Position numbers and translations under genes: made by a program. The notes below the pieces were generated by a model. The model made no database searches and was not told the origin of the DNA. It saw only the letters and a list, made by a program, of their open reading frames with translations. Source: the human T2T-CHM13v2.0 reference genome, Homo sapiens. Taken from it: a stretch of DNA of 64,000 nt. Positions 14,265 to 31,960 of the stretch are shown here, piece by piece. Within the stretch, counting starts at the first letter, position 1. Each line of letters opens with the position of its first letter. The stretch lies in the NCBI GenBank assembly GCA_009914755.4, contig CP068257.2, forward strand, positions 2,752,001-2,816,000, written 5' to 3'.

Positions 14265-15150
14265 TTATGTTTTTAACAGGATTATAAGCCACGGCCTCCC
14301 CGCATCGGGTCCCACCAATGTATTTGGCAGATCCATCAGTAAACCAAGCATGTTTCTGATGCTTTGGATGAGGCAGGTCTCTTTCCCTGCCTGCAGGACT
14401 TGTTCGGTGGCTTTCTGAGTTGGCAAATTTTTTAAAAATGATACCCCCTTTGGTCCTGGCTTTGCCCTATCTTGTATATACCATTCCATTATGTGATGCT
14501 ACTTTCTTCAGCATGCCCTATTCGATGGGTTTTGGTGGACCTCATGACCCAAGTCATAATAGGAATTTCAGGCCTTATGAAGACATCATGGTTGAAGCAG
14601 AGAGTCTCCATTTCCAGCAAAGCCCGATAGCAAGCTAACAGTCGCTTCTCAAAAGGATTATAAGCTTCGCCAGCCTCTGGCAGCTTCCAGGTTTGAAACC
14701 CCAAGAGTCCCCTCTTCCCATCTTGTTTCTGCCAAAGGCTCCAATTAGCATGTTAATCCAGGACAGTTATTTGCAATTCTACTGTCCCATCCCATATGGG
14801 CCATCCAGGGCCAGATGCACTGCTTGCTTAGCTTGCTCAAAGGCTGTGTTCTCTTTCTACCTCCAGTGAAAGTCATTATATTTTCTAGTGACTGCATACA
14901 GAGGTTGTGAGATGTTACCCAAACCGGGAAGATGTCTCCAGAATTCAAACAAGCCAATACATTTCTGGGCCTCCTTTTTAGTGGTAGGGGTTGCAAATTC
15001 TAGTATTTTAACCATAGCCTTTGGTAAAATGGACTTTTTCCTTGCATTCCATGGGATGCAAAGCAATTTTATAGTTTGTGCAGGTTCTTGAAATTTGTAA
15101 AGGCTAATTTCCCATTCTTCAGATAGGAACTGGGTTTTTACCCACACCAA
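14265..15150 (-). pseudogene. ERV pol remnant (RT connection and RNase H), broken by stop codons and frameshifts
   Basis: Several short ORFs in different frames have retroviral pol similarity. It aligns with 40214-41189 on the opposite strand. Confidence 0.7.
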
Positions 15151-15611
15151 GCCCCAGCTGACTCGTTCTTCAGTTTTACCCTGACCACACCACTTGCACA
15201 GCTGTTTTTCTCATCAATAATCTGTTAGCTTTGAGCCTGATCAGTCAAGACATAGGCCTGAAATTGAGCCAGGGCCAGTCTGGAAGTCAGAGTAGTGTTT
15301 TCTTTTTCCAGCTTACATTTATCTTGTAGCAATTGATTTCTATCTCAACACATTAACTTATAAGCAGTAAGCAAGCACCATCTATGCTAAGAGATCCCCC
15401 TGGCATCTCCTTTGCTGACTGAAATCCCCTGCAGCACTTCATGCACAGTCAAAGGTTCAAATTCCACTAATTTAGATACCCAATTTTCACTAAGGTCAGT
15501 TCCCCCCGACCATTCAATTGCCAAGAGGGAGAACTGGAGGAGTTTCTATCCTGGAATATGGGAAGTCCCTGAGCTTCCAGCGGTGATCTTGAAGCTGAAA
15601 AGTGAATCCTC

Positions 15612-15900
15612 CATAGTCTGGTGGGTGTAGTAGCCAACTCTGGAGCCTAGGCTGTTGCTTCCCCATCTGGCCATGAATGCTGTATAGTCTGGTGAGTACA
15701 TATACATAGATATAGATATAGATAGATAGATACATACATACATATATATAGATAGATAGATAAAAATATAGATATAGATATAGATATCTGCAATACCATT
15801 TACATGGGATAAAAAAGTTGTTTACCCTTAAAGGTATTGTGTGTGTGTCTTTTCTTCTCCCATCAGCATCTCCCACACAGAACAGGAGGAGACAGACAGG
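15612..15900 (+). repeat. LTR-like element A, copy 1b. It is in plus orientation, so inverted relative to the adjacent ERV body, and contains (TATAGA/GATA)n simple repeats at 15690-15800.
   Basis: It is collinear with 39476-39735. An orientation breakpoint lies at about 15612, because 15200-15612 is the reverse complement of 39740-40200. Confidence 0.6.
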
Positions 15901-16185
15901 CCTTGTTACACACCTGTTTGCTGTTGTACCTCTGTTTGCTCTTTAGGTACAACAAATCATCAGCACTAATGTTAAAATAGAGATCATAAGACTGACAAAA
16001 CTGACTCTGTGGCAATATAATACCAAATTATTGTCACAATTTAAGGCAGTGCAAGGCAAGTGTTAAGCCATGCATGCAGGTCAGCAATCTTGCTACATAG
16101 CATCCCTATCTCCACTTAAGAGTTAAAACTTTTATATCAGCTGACTCCAAGTTTTAGATAGAACATTACCCCTTTAACAGTGAAG

Positions 16186-17094
16186 CAAGAGAGAGGAGCC
16201 AAGATGGCCGAATAGGAACAGCTCCGGTCTACAGCTCCCAGCCTGAGGGAAGCAGAAGATGGGTGATTTCTGCATTTCCATCTGAGGTACCCAGTTCATC
16301 TCACTAGGGAGTGCCAGACAGTGGGCCCAGGCCAGTGGGTGCGCGCACCGTGCGCGAGCCGAAGCAGGGCGAGGCATTGCCTCACTTGGGAAGTGCAAGG
16401 AGTCAGGGAGTTCCCTTTCCAAGTCAAAGAAAGGGGTGACGGACGCACCTGGAAAATCGGGTCACTCCCACCCGAATATTGCGCTTTTCACACCGGCTTA
16501 AAAAACGGTGCACCACGAGATTATATCCCGCACCTGGCTCGGAGGGTCCTACGCCCACGGAATCTCACTGATTGCTAGCACAGCAGTCTGAGATCAAACT
16601 GCAAGGCGGCAGCGAGGCTGGGAGAGGGGCGCCCGCCATTGCCCAGGCTTGCTTAGGTAAACAAAGCAGCCGGGAAGCTCGAACTGGGTGGAGCCCACCA
16701 CAGCTCAAGGAGGCCTGCCTGCCTCTGTAGGCTCCACCTCTGGGGGCAGGGCACAGACAAACAAAAAGACAGCAGTAACCTCTGCAGACTTAAATGTCCC
16801 TGTCTGACAGCTTTGAAGAGAGCAGTGGTTCTCCCAGCACGCAGCTGGAGATCTGAGAACCAGCAGACTGCCTCCTCAAGTGGGTCCCTGACCCCTGACC
16901 CCCGAGCAGCCTAACTGGGAGGCACCCCCCAGCAGGGGCACACTGACACCTCACACGGCAGGGTACTCCAACAGACCTGCAGCTGAGGGTCCTGTCTGTT
17001 AGAAGGAAAACTAACAAAGAGAAAGGACATCAACACCGAAAACCCATCTGTACATCACCATCATCAAAGACCAAAAGTAGATAAAACCACAAAG
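16186..17094 (+). promoter_or_regulatory. L1 5' UTR internal Pol II sense promoter, including a YY1-site core aagatggc at about 16199-16206
   Basis: Established knowledge of L1 5' UTR promoter architecture. The motif is seen at the canonical position near the element start. Confidence 0.6.
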
Positions 17095-18105
17095 ATGGGG
17101 AAAAAACAGAACAGAAAAACTGGAAACTCTACAACGCAGAGCGCCTCTCCTCCTCCAAAGGAACGCAGTTCCTCACCAGCAACGGAACAAAGCTGGATGG
17201 AGAATGACTTTGACGAGCTGAGAGAAGGCTTCACACGATCAAATTCCTCTGAGCTATGGGAGGACATTCAAACCAAAGGCAAAGAAGTTGAAAACTTTGA
17301 AAAAAATTTAGAAGAATGTATAACTAGAATAACCAATACAGAGAAGTGCTTAAAGGAGCTGATGGAGCTGAAAACTAAGGCTCGAGAACTACGTGAAGAA
17401 TGCAGAAGACTCAGGAGCCGATGCAATCAAATGGAAGAAAGGGTATCAGCAATGGAAGATGAAATGAATGAAATGAAGCGAGAAGGGAAGTTTAGAGAAA
17501 AAAGAATAAAAAGAAATGAACAAAGCCTCCAAGAAATATGGGACTATGTGAAAAGGCCAAATCTACGTCTGCTTGGTGTACCTGAAAGTGATGGGGAGAA
17601 TGGAACCAAGTTGGAAAACACTCTGCAGGATATTATTCAGGAGAACTTCCACAATCTAGCAGGGCAGGCCAACGTTCAGATTCAGGAAATACAGAGAACG
17701 CCACAAAGATACTCCTCGAGAAGAGCAACTCCAAGACACATAATTGTCAGATTCACCAAAGTTGAAATGAAGGAAAAAATGTTAAGGGCAGCCAGAGAGA
17801 AAGGTCGGATTACCCTCAAAGGGAAGCCCATCAGACTAATAGCGGATCTCTCGGCAGAAACCCTACAAGCCAGAAGAGAGTGGGGGCCAATATTCAACAT
17901 TCTTAAAGAAAAGAATTTTCAACCCAGAATTTCATATCCAGCCAAACTAAGCTTCATAAGTGGAGAAATAAAATACTTCACAGACAAGCAAATGCTGAGA
18001 GATTTTGTCACCACCAGGCCTACCCTAAAAGAGCTCCTGAAGGAAGCACTAAACATGGAAAGGAACAACCAGTACCAGCCGCTGCAAAATCATGCCAAAA
18101 TGTAA
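17095..18105 (+). CDS. L1 ORF1p (RNA-binding chaperone), 336 aa, apparently intact
   Basis: The uninterrupted ORF MGKKQNRKTGNSTTQSASPPPKERSSSPATEQSWMENDFDELREGF...NHAKM is nearly identical to L1PA/L1HS ORF1p. Confidence 0.9.
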   Translation: MGKKQNRKTGNSTTQSASPPPKERSSSPATEQSWMENDFDELREGFTRSNSSELWEDIQTKGKEVENFEKNLEECITRITNTEKCLKELMELKTKARELREECRRLRSRCNQMEERVSAMEDEMNEMKREGKFREKRIKRNEQSLQEIWDYVKRPNLRLLGVPESDGENGTKLENTLQDIIQENFHNLAGQANVQIQEIQRTPQRYSSRRATPRHIIVRFTKVEMKEKMLRAAREKGRITLKGKPIRLIADLSAETLQARREWGPIFNILKEKNFQPRISYPAKLSFISGEIKYFTDKQMLRDFVTTRPTLKELLKEALNMERNNQYQPLQNHAKM

Positions 18106-18153
18106 AGACCATCGAGAATAGGAAGAAACTGCATCAACTAACGAGCAAAATAA

Positions 18154-21997
<3,844 letters not shown>

Positions 21998-22261
21998 AAT
22001 GAGATCCCATGGACACAGGAAGGGGAATATCACACTCTGGGGACTGTTGTGGGGTGGGGGGAGGGGGGAGGGATAGCATTGGGAAATACAACTAATGCTA
22101 GACGACGAGTTAGTGAGTGCAGCACACCAGCATGGCACATGTATACATATGTAACTAACCTGCACAATGTGCACATGTACCCTAAAACTTAAAGTATAAT
22201 TTAAAAAAATAAAAAAAATAAAAAAATAAAAAATAAAACAACTGCCCATTTTACCATCTCT

Positions 22262-22700
22262 TCAGTCCTTGACAAGCACCATTCTAACTTTTTTTTCCTA
22301 TGAGTTTATCTACTTAAGATACCTGATTATGAATGGAATCATAGACTGTCACTTTGTTCCTGGCTTATTTCAATTAACATGATCTTCTCCAGAATTATCA
22401 TATAATGTGTCTTTTTAAAGACTGAATAATATTCGACTTTGTGTATGTGCCACTTGTTATTAATCTGTTCATTGGTCAAGGGACATCTGGATTGTTTCTG
22501 CCTTTTGGCTTGTGTTAATAATATTGCAATAAATTTGGTTGTGCAAATATCTCTTCCAGATCTGCGTTGTACATTTTAAGTACATAGCCAGAAGGGGGTT
22601 TGCTGGATTATATAATAATCTCATTTTAAATTTTTTGAAGAGCTGTCATACTATTTTAAATATCGGCTTGAGGCCGTAGATTATTGTGACTTTGCTTTGC
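22262..22700 (+). mobile_element. Old L1 (L1M/L1PB-like) ORF2 3'-end fragment
   Basis: Segments such as gactgaataatattcgactttgtgtatgtgccac and aatattgcaataaatttggttgtgcaaatatctcttccagatctg match the conserved ancient L1 ORF2 C-terminal region. This is from memory. Confidence 0.6.
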
Positions 22701-22956
22701 ATTTTTCTAGAAGAGTGATGTCGAGTATCCTTTTATTTTTTATTTTTTTAATTTCATAAACATTTATTCACAGCCCCTTTAAAAGTATAGCAGTGAAGTA
22801 AAACCCCAATTAAACTACTGCCCATTAACTTGTTACTTAAAATTTAGACTTAAAAACCAATAGACTTTTTTTTTAGTTTGTATGCAATTACTTTTATAAA
22901 CACAGTTTAGGTTGGAATAAGGAAGTCCTAATTCATCATGTTGGAGCTTGCCCTCA

Positions 22957-23347
<391 letters not shown>

Positions 23348-23514
23348 TCATTTCAAACATTTACCATTCTAAATCAAGTTATTAACATTTTGTTGTTGTT
23401 GAATTTTAGAAGTTTATATCTTTTGGAAATTAACACCTACCAAATATGTGATTAGAAAATATTTTTACACTTTTTTGTTATATGTATGTATGTATGCACA
23501 TATATTACCCTATA

Positions 23515-23630
23515 CAAGACAGGGTCTTGATATATTTTCATGGCTAGTCTCAAACTTTTGGCCTCAAATGATCGTTCTGACTTGGCCTCCTAAATTTCTA
23601 GAATTATAGGCATGAGCCAGCATGCCCAGG
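23515..23630 (-). mobile_element. Alu fragment (partial)
   Basis: ggctagtctcaaacttttggcctcaaatgatcgttctgacttggcctcctaaatttctagaattataggcatgagcc is the Alu right-arm reverse complement. Confidence 0.7.
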
Positions 23631-24283
23631 TTTCACCCACTTATTAGGTGACATTTGTATGCCACTAAATTTTTCCTTGATGTGTAGAATACTTGAAGGT
23701 TAATGTAGTTCCTTTCTTTTTTGTTCTTTTCCTTGTTTCTTATGAATTTGATGTCATACTTAAGCAAAGTTTTAAGACTTATGTCATAAACTTTTCCCCT
23801 ATGTTTACTTCTAAGAATTTTATTAGTTTTTATGTTTAAGCATTAAATCCATTATAAAACAACTTTTCTTTTTATGTATAATACAAAAGAAGCATCCAAC
23901 TTTATTTTTGCTCTGTAAACATTCAATTATGAAAATTCTTTGTTAAAGAGATTCTTATTTTTCTATTGCATGGTCATGGAAAGCATATGGAAGATTATTT
24001 TATCACGTATGCGAGGGTTTATTTCCAGGATGTCTATTCTGTTTCATCATCTATGTATCCGTTTTTGTGGCAATACCATATTGTTTTTATTTTTGTAGCT
24101 TTGTATCATGATTTTAAATCAGAAAATGTAATAACTCTTTGTCCTTTTTAAAGGGTGTTTGCCTAGTCACAGTTCCTAAACAACTTTTAGAATTATACAC
24201 AAAAATTCTGCAAAAAAAATACCATTGGGATTTAGATGAAAATTACATTACATTTTTATATCATCATGGGTAATACTGACAAC

Positions 24284-24585
24284 TTTTTTTTTTTCCTTTG
24301 GAGATGGAGTTTTAGTGAGTCACTCAGGCTGAAGGGCAGTGGTGTGAGCTGTGCTCACTGCAAGCTCTGCTTCCCATGTTCAAGCAATTCTCCAGTCTCA
24401 GCCACCAGAGTAGCTGGGATTACAGTCATGCACCAACATGTATAGCTAACTTTTGTATTTTTAGTAGAGATAGGGTTTTGCCATGTTGGCCAGGCTAGTC
24501 TCAAACTTCTGATCTCAAGTGATCCACACACTTTGGCCTCCCAAAGTCCTGGGATTACAGGCATGAGTCACGTGCCGGCCCTGAC
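24284..24585 (-). mobile_element. Alu element, near full length, with a leading poly-T
   Basis: ttttttttttt..gagatggagttt..ggctgaagggcagtggtg...cctcccaaagtcctgggattacaggcatgag is the Alu consensus in reverse orientation. Confidence 0.9.
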
Positions 24586-24989
24586 ATCTTAACAATATTA
24601 AATCACCTGACACTTGAGCAAGACTATATGTAAGATCTTGCTTAATTTCCTCTTATTTACGTATCTGAAACATTTTCTTGCTTTTGATTTCTAGTTTCAT
24701 TTACATTGCATGACTTCAGTTTTCTTAAATTTAATAAGACATGTATCCTAACAGAATGTGCCATGTGTGATTGAGAATATTGCATATTTTGCTGCTTTCG
24801 ATCGCAGAGTTCTGTAAATGCTTGTTAGGTCTATAATGTTCAGGTTTGGCTTTCTTACTGATATTACATCTGACTATTCTAGTCATTATTGAAAGTGGAG
24901 TCTTGGAGTCCGCAATTGTTGTGTTGCTATATATTTCTTGCTTGACTTCTGTCAATATTGGTTTTACATATTTGAAAGACGAGAATCAG

Positions 24990-25093
24990 TTGAACCTGGG
25001 AGGTGGAGGTTGAAGTGAGCCAATCGCGAGATCGTGCCATTGTCCTCCAGCCTGGGAGACAGAAACTCTATCTCCAAAAAAAAAAATAAGAAA
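24990..25093 (+). mobile_element. Alu 3' fragment with an A-tail
   Basis: gaacctgggaggtggaggttgaagtgagccaatcgcgagatcgtgccattgtcctccagcctgggagacag..aaaaaaaaaa. Confidence 0.8.
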
Positions 25094-27084
25094 GATATCA
25101 GTGTTATTTATAGTAATATAAAAATTTAATGTAATTTTTATCAAAATCCCAATGGTATATTTTTGCAGATTTTTCAAATTATATATATGATTTCTAAATT
25201 ATTGTTATGGATTTCTTGCAAGTTAATCCATGTCACCGTTACTTAATAACAATCTGTCTCTTTTTAAAATTTTTAACTTAAAATATATTTTGTTTAATAT
25301 AATTATGACCATGCCCCTCCAATTGTAGCTACTCTTTGCATAAAATATATTTTCTTTATACTGCTACTTTCAACTTATTTGGGTCCTTAGAGCTAAAATG
25401 ACTCTTGTAGAGAGTACATTGCTGGATCTTCTTTGTTCTTAATCCATTAAATCATTTTCTGCATTTTGTTTAAGGTATTTAACTTTTTGTATTTGAAGTA
25501 ATTACTGTAGTTAATGAAGTTACTATTATTATTTGGAATTGTCTTCTGTGTTTCTTGTAGATGTGTTATTTATCATTTTTTTCTCTTACTGCTTTATTTT
25601 TCTTCATTGATTTTGTAGTGACATGATTCAATTTCTTTCTCATTTGCTTCTGCATACCATCTACAGGTTTTTTTGTAATCATCTTGAGAAATAAAGACTT
25701 CATAAAACATCTTAAAGTTATGACAATATATAATGACTATATTTCAATGGAATGCAAAGCTTTACCTCTTTATACCCCCACTTTGTTATTAATATCACTT
25801 GTTATCTTTTCTTATTGAGTATCTATGAACCCATATTTATGCAGCTTTCTGCTTCATTTTTTAAATTCCATAGCAATAACGTGAAAGTTTTGTGCACCAT
25901 CATTATGACAGTAGAGGTTTCTATAGCTGTTTATGTATTTACATTTAATAGAGAGCTTTCTATTTTCATATGCTTTTATGACGCTGTGCAGCATATATTG
26001 TCATTTTTGGACGTGATAGACTTTCTTTTACATTTCCTTTAGCAGTGTTCCAGTGGTCAGTAACACACTCAACTTTTATTTGTTTTGGAAATGCTTAACT
26101 TTTTTTTCTGAAGTGAAATTATTCCAGTTGAAGGTTTTTGTTTAGCATGATTTCTTCTTGTTTAATTACCTTGTCATCTAGGGAGTTCTCAGCTACTTTT
26201 TAAAAATATCCTCTTTATTATTTTTCTCCTATACTGTTTTTCTAAGACTCCTTTTATAAATACAGTGGTCCACTTGGTGGTGTGCTGTAAGTCCCAATTT
26301 TCATTTTTTCTCTATTCTGTTTAAAAAATTTGTTTTCATGAATCAGTATTTATAAGTGCAATGTTATCAACTGTCTAATTTTTTCTGCTTTATTAAATCC
26401 GCTTTTGTGACTGCTGATTAAATTTTTAATATAGTTACTGTGTTCTTCAGAGTCACAATTTTTCTTGGTTTTTAAAAATCTTTTTATTGATATCTCGTTT
26501 TCTTCATGCATCACTTCTAATATTCTTTTGTTATCTATGTTCTGTTTTTGTTCATTAAGCACTTTTTTCTAATTACATTTTAATGTAATTAGAATGTCCA
26601 CCTTTACAATACACAAATACAGTAACGGTAACTCGCACTAAAACAAAGCATACTTCTGATAGCCATTATTTTTCTCTTTGGGACAAATTTAAAGTTTTTC
26701 TTTTGTCACAAAAACAGGAATGTACTTATACAAAGGCTCAAAATAGGCCATCTTTTTAAACAAAAAGGCAATGATTCACAAAAGACTATGAATAGAACAT
26801 GTAACTAATTGATACAAATCTAATAGGATTTGTTAAAATCAGCCACATCCAATACATCTGAAGTGTACTTGTATAAAATATCACGTGAAGAAAAGAAGAC
26901 TTTATCAATATCTTAAAAAGTGGGTTTGTTCATAGTCTGACAAGTTACCATTAAAAGTGTTTCCTGTGACATAAGGAAATGCAATATTATTTTTCTTGAA
27001 CCCTTTCAGCGCAAGACTTTCCACTCAATAAAATCGCAGAGGATCTGAAACTGAGAAAATATACTTGATTACTAACAACTTGTG

Positions 27085-29063
<1,979 letters not shown>

Positions 29064-29261
29064 CTAAGAACTTAGGGGAACTCGCAGGAGTCTGCGTGCA
29101 TGACGCCACTATGAACCCAATATAAATTTGTTCACAAACTCTATAGTTCACACGATGGGTTGTCCGTCTTTTTAAGGGAATACAGCTTCTTTGGTTCAAA
29201 ACCATTTAAGGTGATGAAACCCGTTTGCTTGCAACTCCGCCACAATCGCGCAGCCACCAAC

Positions 29262-29351
29262 GAATCTCACCACGACCCCAGGCCGAAGCCGCCTCCATTC
29301 CCAGGGATGGCGGACTCCGGGCGCTCTAGACCTGGGGTCGTGGTGAGATTC
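29262..29351. repeat. Perfect 21-bp inverted repeat (gaatctcaccacgaccccagg / cctggggtcgtggtgagattc) around a 48-nt GC-rich loop; a potential hairpin
   Basis: Seen directly. The arms are exact reverse complements. Confidence 0.85.
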
Positions 29352-30618
29352 TCCCTTGGATGCCCCTGTTCTACAGTAAAGGAAATATCTTTGGAATGTA
29401 AAAAGAGAGAAAATAATAGGCATCACCCCAATAGGCAATAATGAACAAATAACAAAGATGAGAGGTGCAAAGGCCAAGGAGGAAACTTTAAAAATGTGAT
29501 GTGGGAAGTTCGCTTCAATGAAATTGGTTCTGGAAGATCCTAGATTTACTTCTTTTGCTGCCACAGATGGACATTTCCTACCCTATGCTTATTATGCTCC
29601 TAAATCTTCTAAGGCTCCTCCTGTCCCTCCACTAACATTCCAGGGCATTCACAGTGACAGCCGAAGTTCTCCTCTTCTTTCTGTTATTCCCTTGAAGGCC
29701 TTGTGGTCTGAGTGCTTTTCCATTGTTTTGGGGGATCTGGGGAAATCTGCACATTTTGCGAGACTTCTATATTAAGCTATTTTGTAAAAATCTGTTCCTC
29801 ATGTCAGAAGTTTGTGAGAGTAAAAGTGCAGGCATTGGGGTTTGGTTCACATATTTCAGAAACACCAAGGACAAATGTTTCTGCTTCATAATTTTCAGTC
29901 CTATGATTTCAAATGTGATCCTGCAAAAAAATCGGAAAAACTTTTATCAGAGCCCAAAACACCTCAGCACATATGATATAGTGAAGCTTCTATTTCACTT
30001 TATTCTTTTTTTCATCTCTGGTAATGTAGGTCAAAAAGTTTTCTTTTCCTTGGTAGAAATTAACTTAAAAACGTGAACTCTCTATGCCAAGCACCTCACC
30101 TGTGGAATAGTTTATTGTATCTACTCACCTCAAAGAATTTTTAAAGACCTTAATGCCATAGAAAAACTTAGAAACCTGCCAAGAATAGAATAAATTCTTA
30201 ATTGTTACATGATTTCTTATTGAGTTATTTTATTATTTAATCTTATATAAAGCTTAGTGGGACTGTGATCTGCACGTTTTCACTTTTTGATTTTTATGTA
30301 TCCCAAATTAGCCTATAATTTTAGCTTCAGGGATTTCAGAATAGCATACTTGAATTTATGTGTTATATAAAAAGTGAATTACTTAGTATGCACCTCACAT
30401 TAATAAAATTTCAGTTTGTGTGTCTAAGTTTACTGCATAGAAAAACTTATCATTAGTGTTTCTATTAACTTTCCTCAACATTATCTGAATGATAGTATAA
30501 TTTATTTCTCATTGCTTATTATGTAGTAGTGTTTCATTGCATATTTTTCAATATTCATGTTGTTCCCATATTTAAAAATGTAAAGCTTTTCTTTACTTAA
30601 AAAAAAAACAAATTATAG

Positions 30619-30900
30619 GCCAGTGCGGTGGCTCACGCTTGTAATCCCAGTACTTTAAGAGGCTGAGGTGGGTGGATCACAATGTCAGGGGTTCAAGACC
30701 AGCCTGGCCAACATGGTGAAACCCCGTCTCCACAAAAACCACAGAAAGAATGAGCAGGGCATGGGGGCGGGTGCCTATAATCCCAGCTACTCGGGAGGCT
30801 GGGGCAGAGAATTGCTTCAGCCTGGTAGGTGGAGGATGCAGTGAGCCGAGGTCTCGCCACTACACTCCAGCCTGGGTAACAGAGCGAGACTCTGTTCTCT
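30619..30900 (+). mobile_element. Alu element
   Basis: ggccagtgcggtggctcacgcttgtaatcccagtactttaagaggctgaggtgggtggatcac...gagcgagactctgttctc. Confidence 0.9.
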
Positions 30901-31507
30901 AATATCATTGAAATCTTCATTAAAATTTTCTTCTAAATGTTCTTTATAGAAGATTATAATGCATTTGTTGTGAAATTTTGTTACTCTAACCATATGCTAA
31001 TAATTCAAAATCTGTTCTTTATGGGTGTCCAGTTATGGTTGAATATTTCAGTTATCTAGAAAGAGTCTTCTTCAGTTGCATGATTTGTTTATTCAGTATT
31101 TCACAGGTTAATGTTTATCCAATTTTGTTTTGTAATATTTTATATTCCTGTATTTTCCTGTTAGGATAGGCTGTCTTACATCATTTAATTGTGTTTTTAG
31201 TTTCTGCTTATATGTTATAATTTTTTATGACTATATTTAACTGTGTACACTTTAAAAGAGTGTAGAAAAAAAGTCAAATATGAATCAACCATATGTGTAT
31301 TGCAAACATAATTCTCTGTTCGTTTGACTGTATAAACATTACTCATGCTTTATTTATGACTTCTGTATTTATTTAATTAGTGGGTGGTCAATTATTTTTT
31401 TAATCCTCTCTGGGTGAGTAGTTGTGGAAATTGCCCTAATTTCCACATCTATGTATTAATGAATCTATATTACGTTTGCGTGAGGAAAACACCTCTGTGA
31501 TGCGAGG

Positions 31508-31960
31508 GTAATTTTTTTTTTTTTTTTTTTTTGACCACAGAAGTTTTTATTGCCCTCCTGCTCCGCAAAGGGACCTTGCTTCTGCTGGTTTAGCACCTCA
31601 AGACGTCTGTGATGTTGGTCTCAGACACCACTTTGCCGTCCACTATCCTGTGGGAGTTGGTCTTTTGGATGCTTTACAGGTATTTGCTGCTGTCCAGAAT
31701 ACCACCAAGATTGAAGTCCTCCCCATCTTCTAGCAGGCGGCAGTAGGTGGCAATCTCTGTGAAATGGGACACAGAGATCCAGGAGCCCCAGACCCCACGC
31801 CTCATAGAAGCTCGCCGCGCTGCTGACCTGCTGAGCACTTTAGCTGGGCGACTGGACAGATCCCAGGGACAGTTGATGGAGAAGGTGCGGAGCAAGTGGT
31901 GAAGCTCGCTGTGCACGGGGAGGAAAGCGAGAGGACAGGACTCAGGTTTTGCCGAGGTCC
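31508..31960 (-). pseudogene. 3'-terminal fragment of an unidentified retrocopied mRNA. On the minus strand an ORF is followed by a stop, a short 3' UTR, AATAAA, and poly(A).
   Basis: Poly-T occupies 31508-31530 on the plus strand. The reverse complement reads caataaaaacttctgtggtc + A(n). The minus ORF 31674-31916 ends ...EDGEDFNLGGILDSSKYL*. I could not recognise the parent gene. Confidence 0.4.

Larger units (their letters stand above)
12290..15612 (-). mobile_element. Gamma-like (class I) endogenous retrovirus internal region, copy 1. Order on the minus strand is RT C-terminal/connection, RNase H, integrase, env TM, then the 3' end. It is truncated and rearranged.
   Basis: The minus ORF 14857-15150 (..KEAQKCIGLFEFWRHLPGLGNISQPLYAVTRK..) resembles the retroviral RT thumb/connection domain. 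ORFs 14265-14704 are homologous to the RNase H-like ORF of copy 2. ORF 12668-12862 carries an env TM immunosuppressive-domain-like motif VLQNQMALGMLTAAQRAFQPCC. Positions 12300-12400 are the reverse complement of 39215-39310. Confidence 0.75.

Noticed and set aside
15690-15800. (TATAGA/GATA)n block as a regulatory element
   Set aside because: It is a simple sequence repeat within the LTR-like element and there is no basis for function.
31674-31916. A tubulin-like impression from the minus ORF (..FTEIATYCRLLEDGED..)
   Set aside because: On checking against alpha- and beta-tubulin C-terminal sequences recalled from memory, neither protein nor nucleotide similarity holds up. It is kept only as an unidentified retrocopy 3' fragment.
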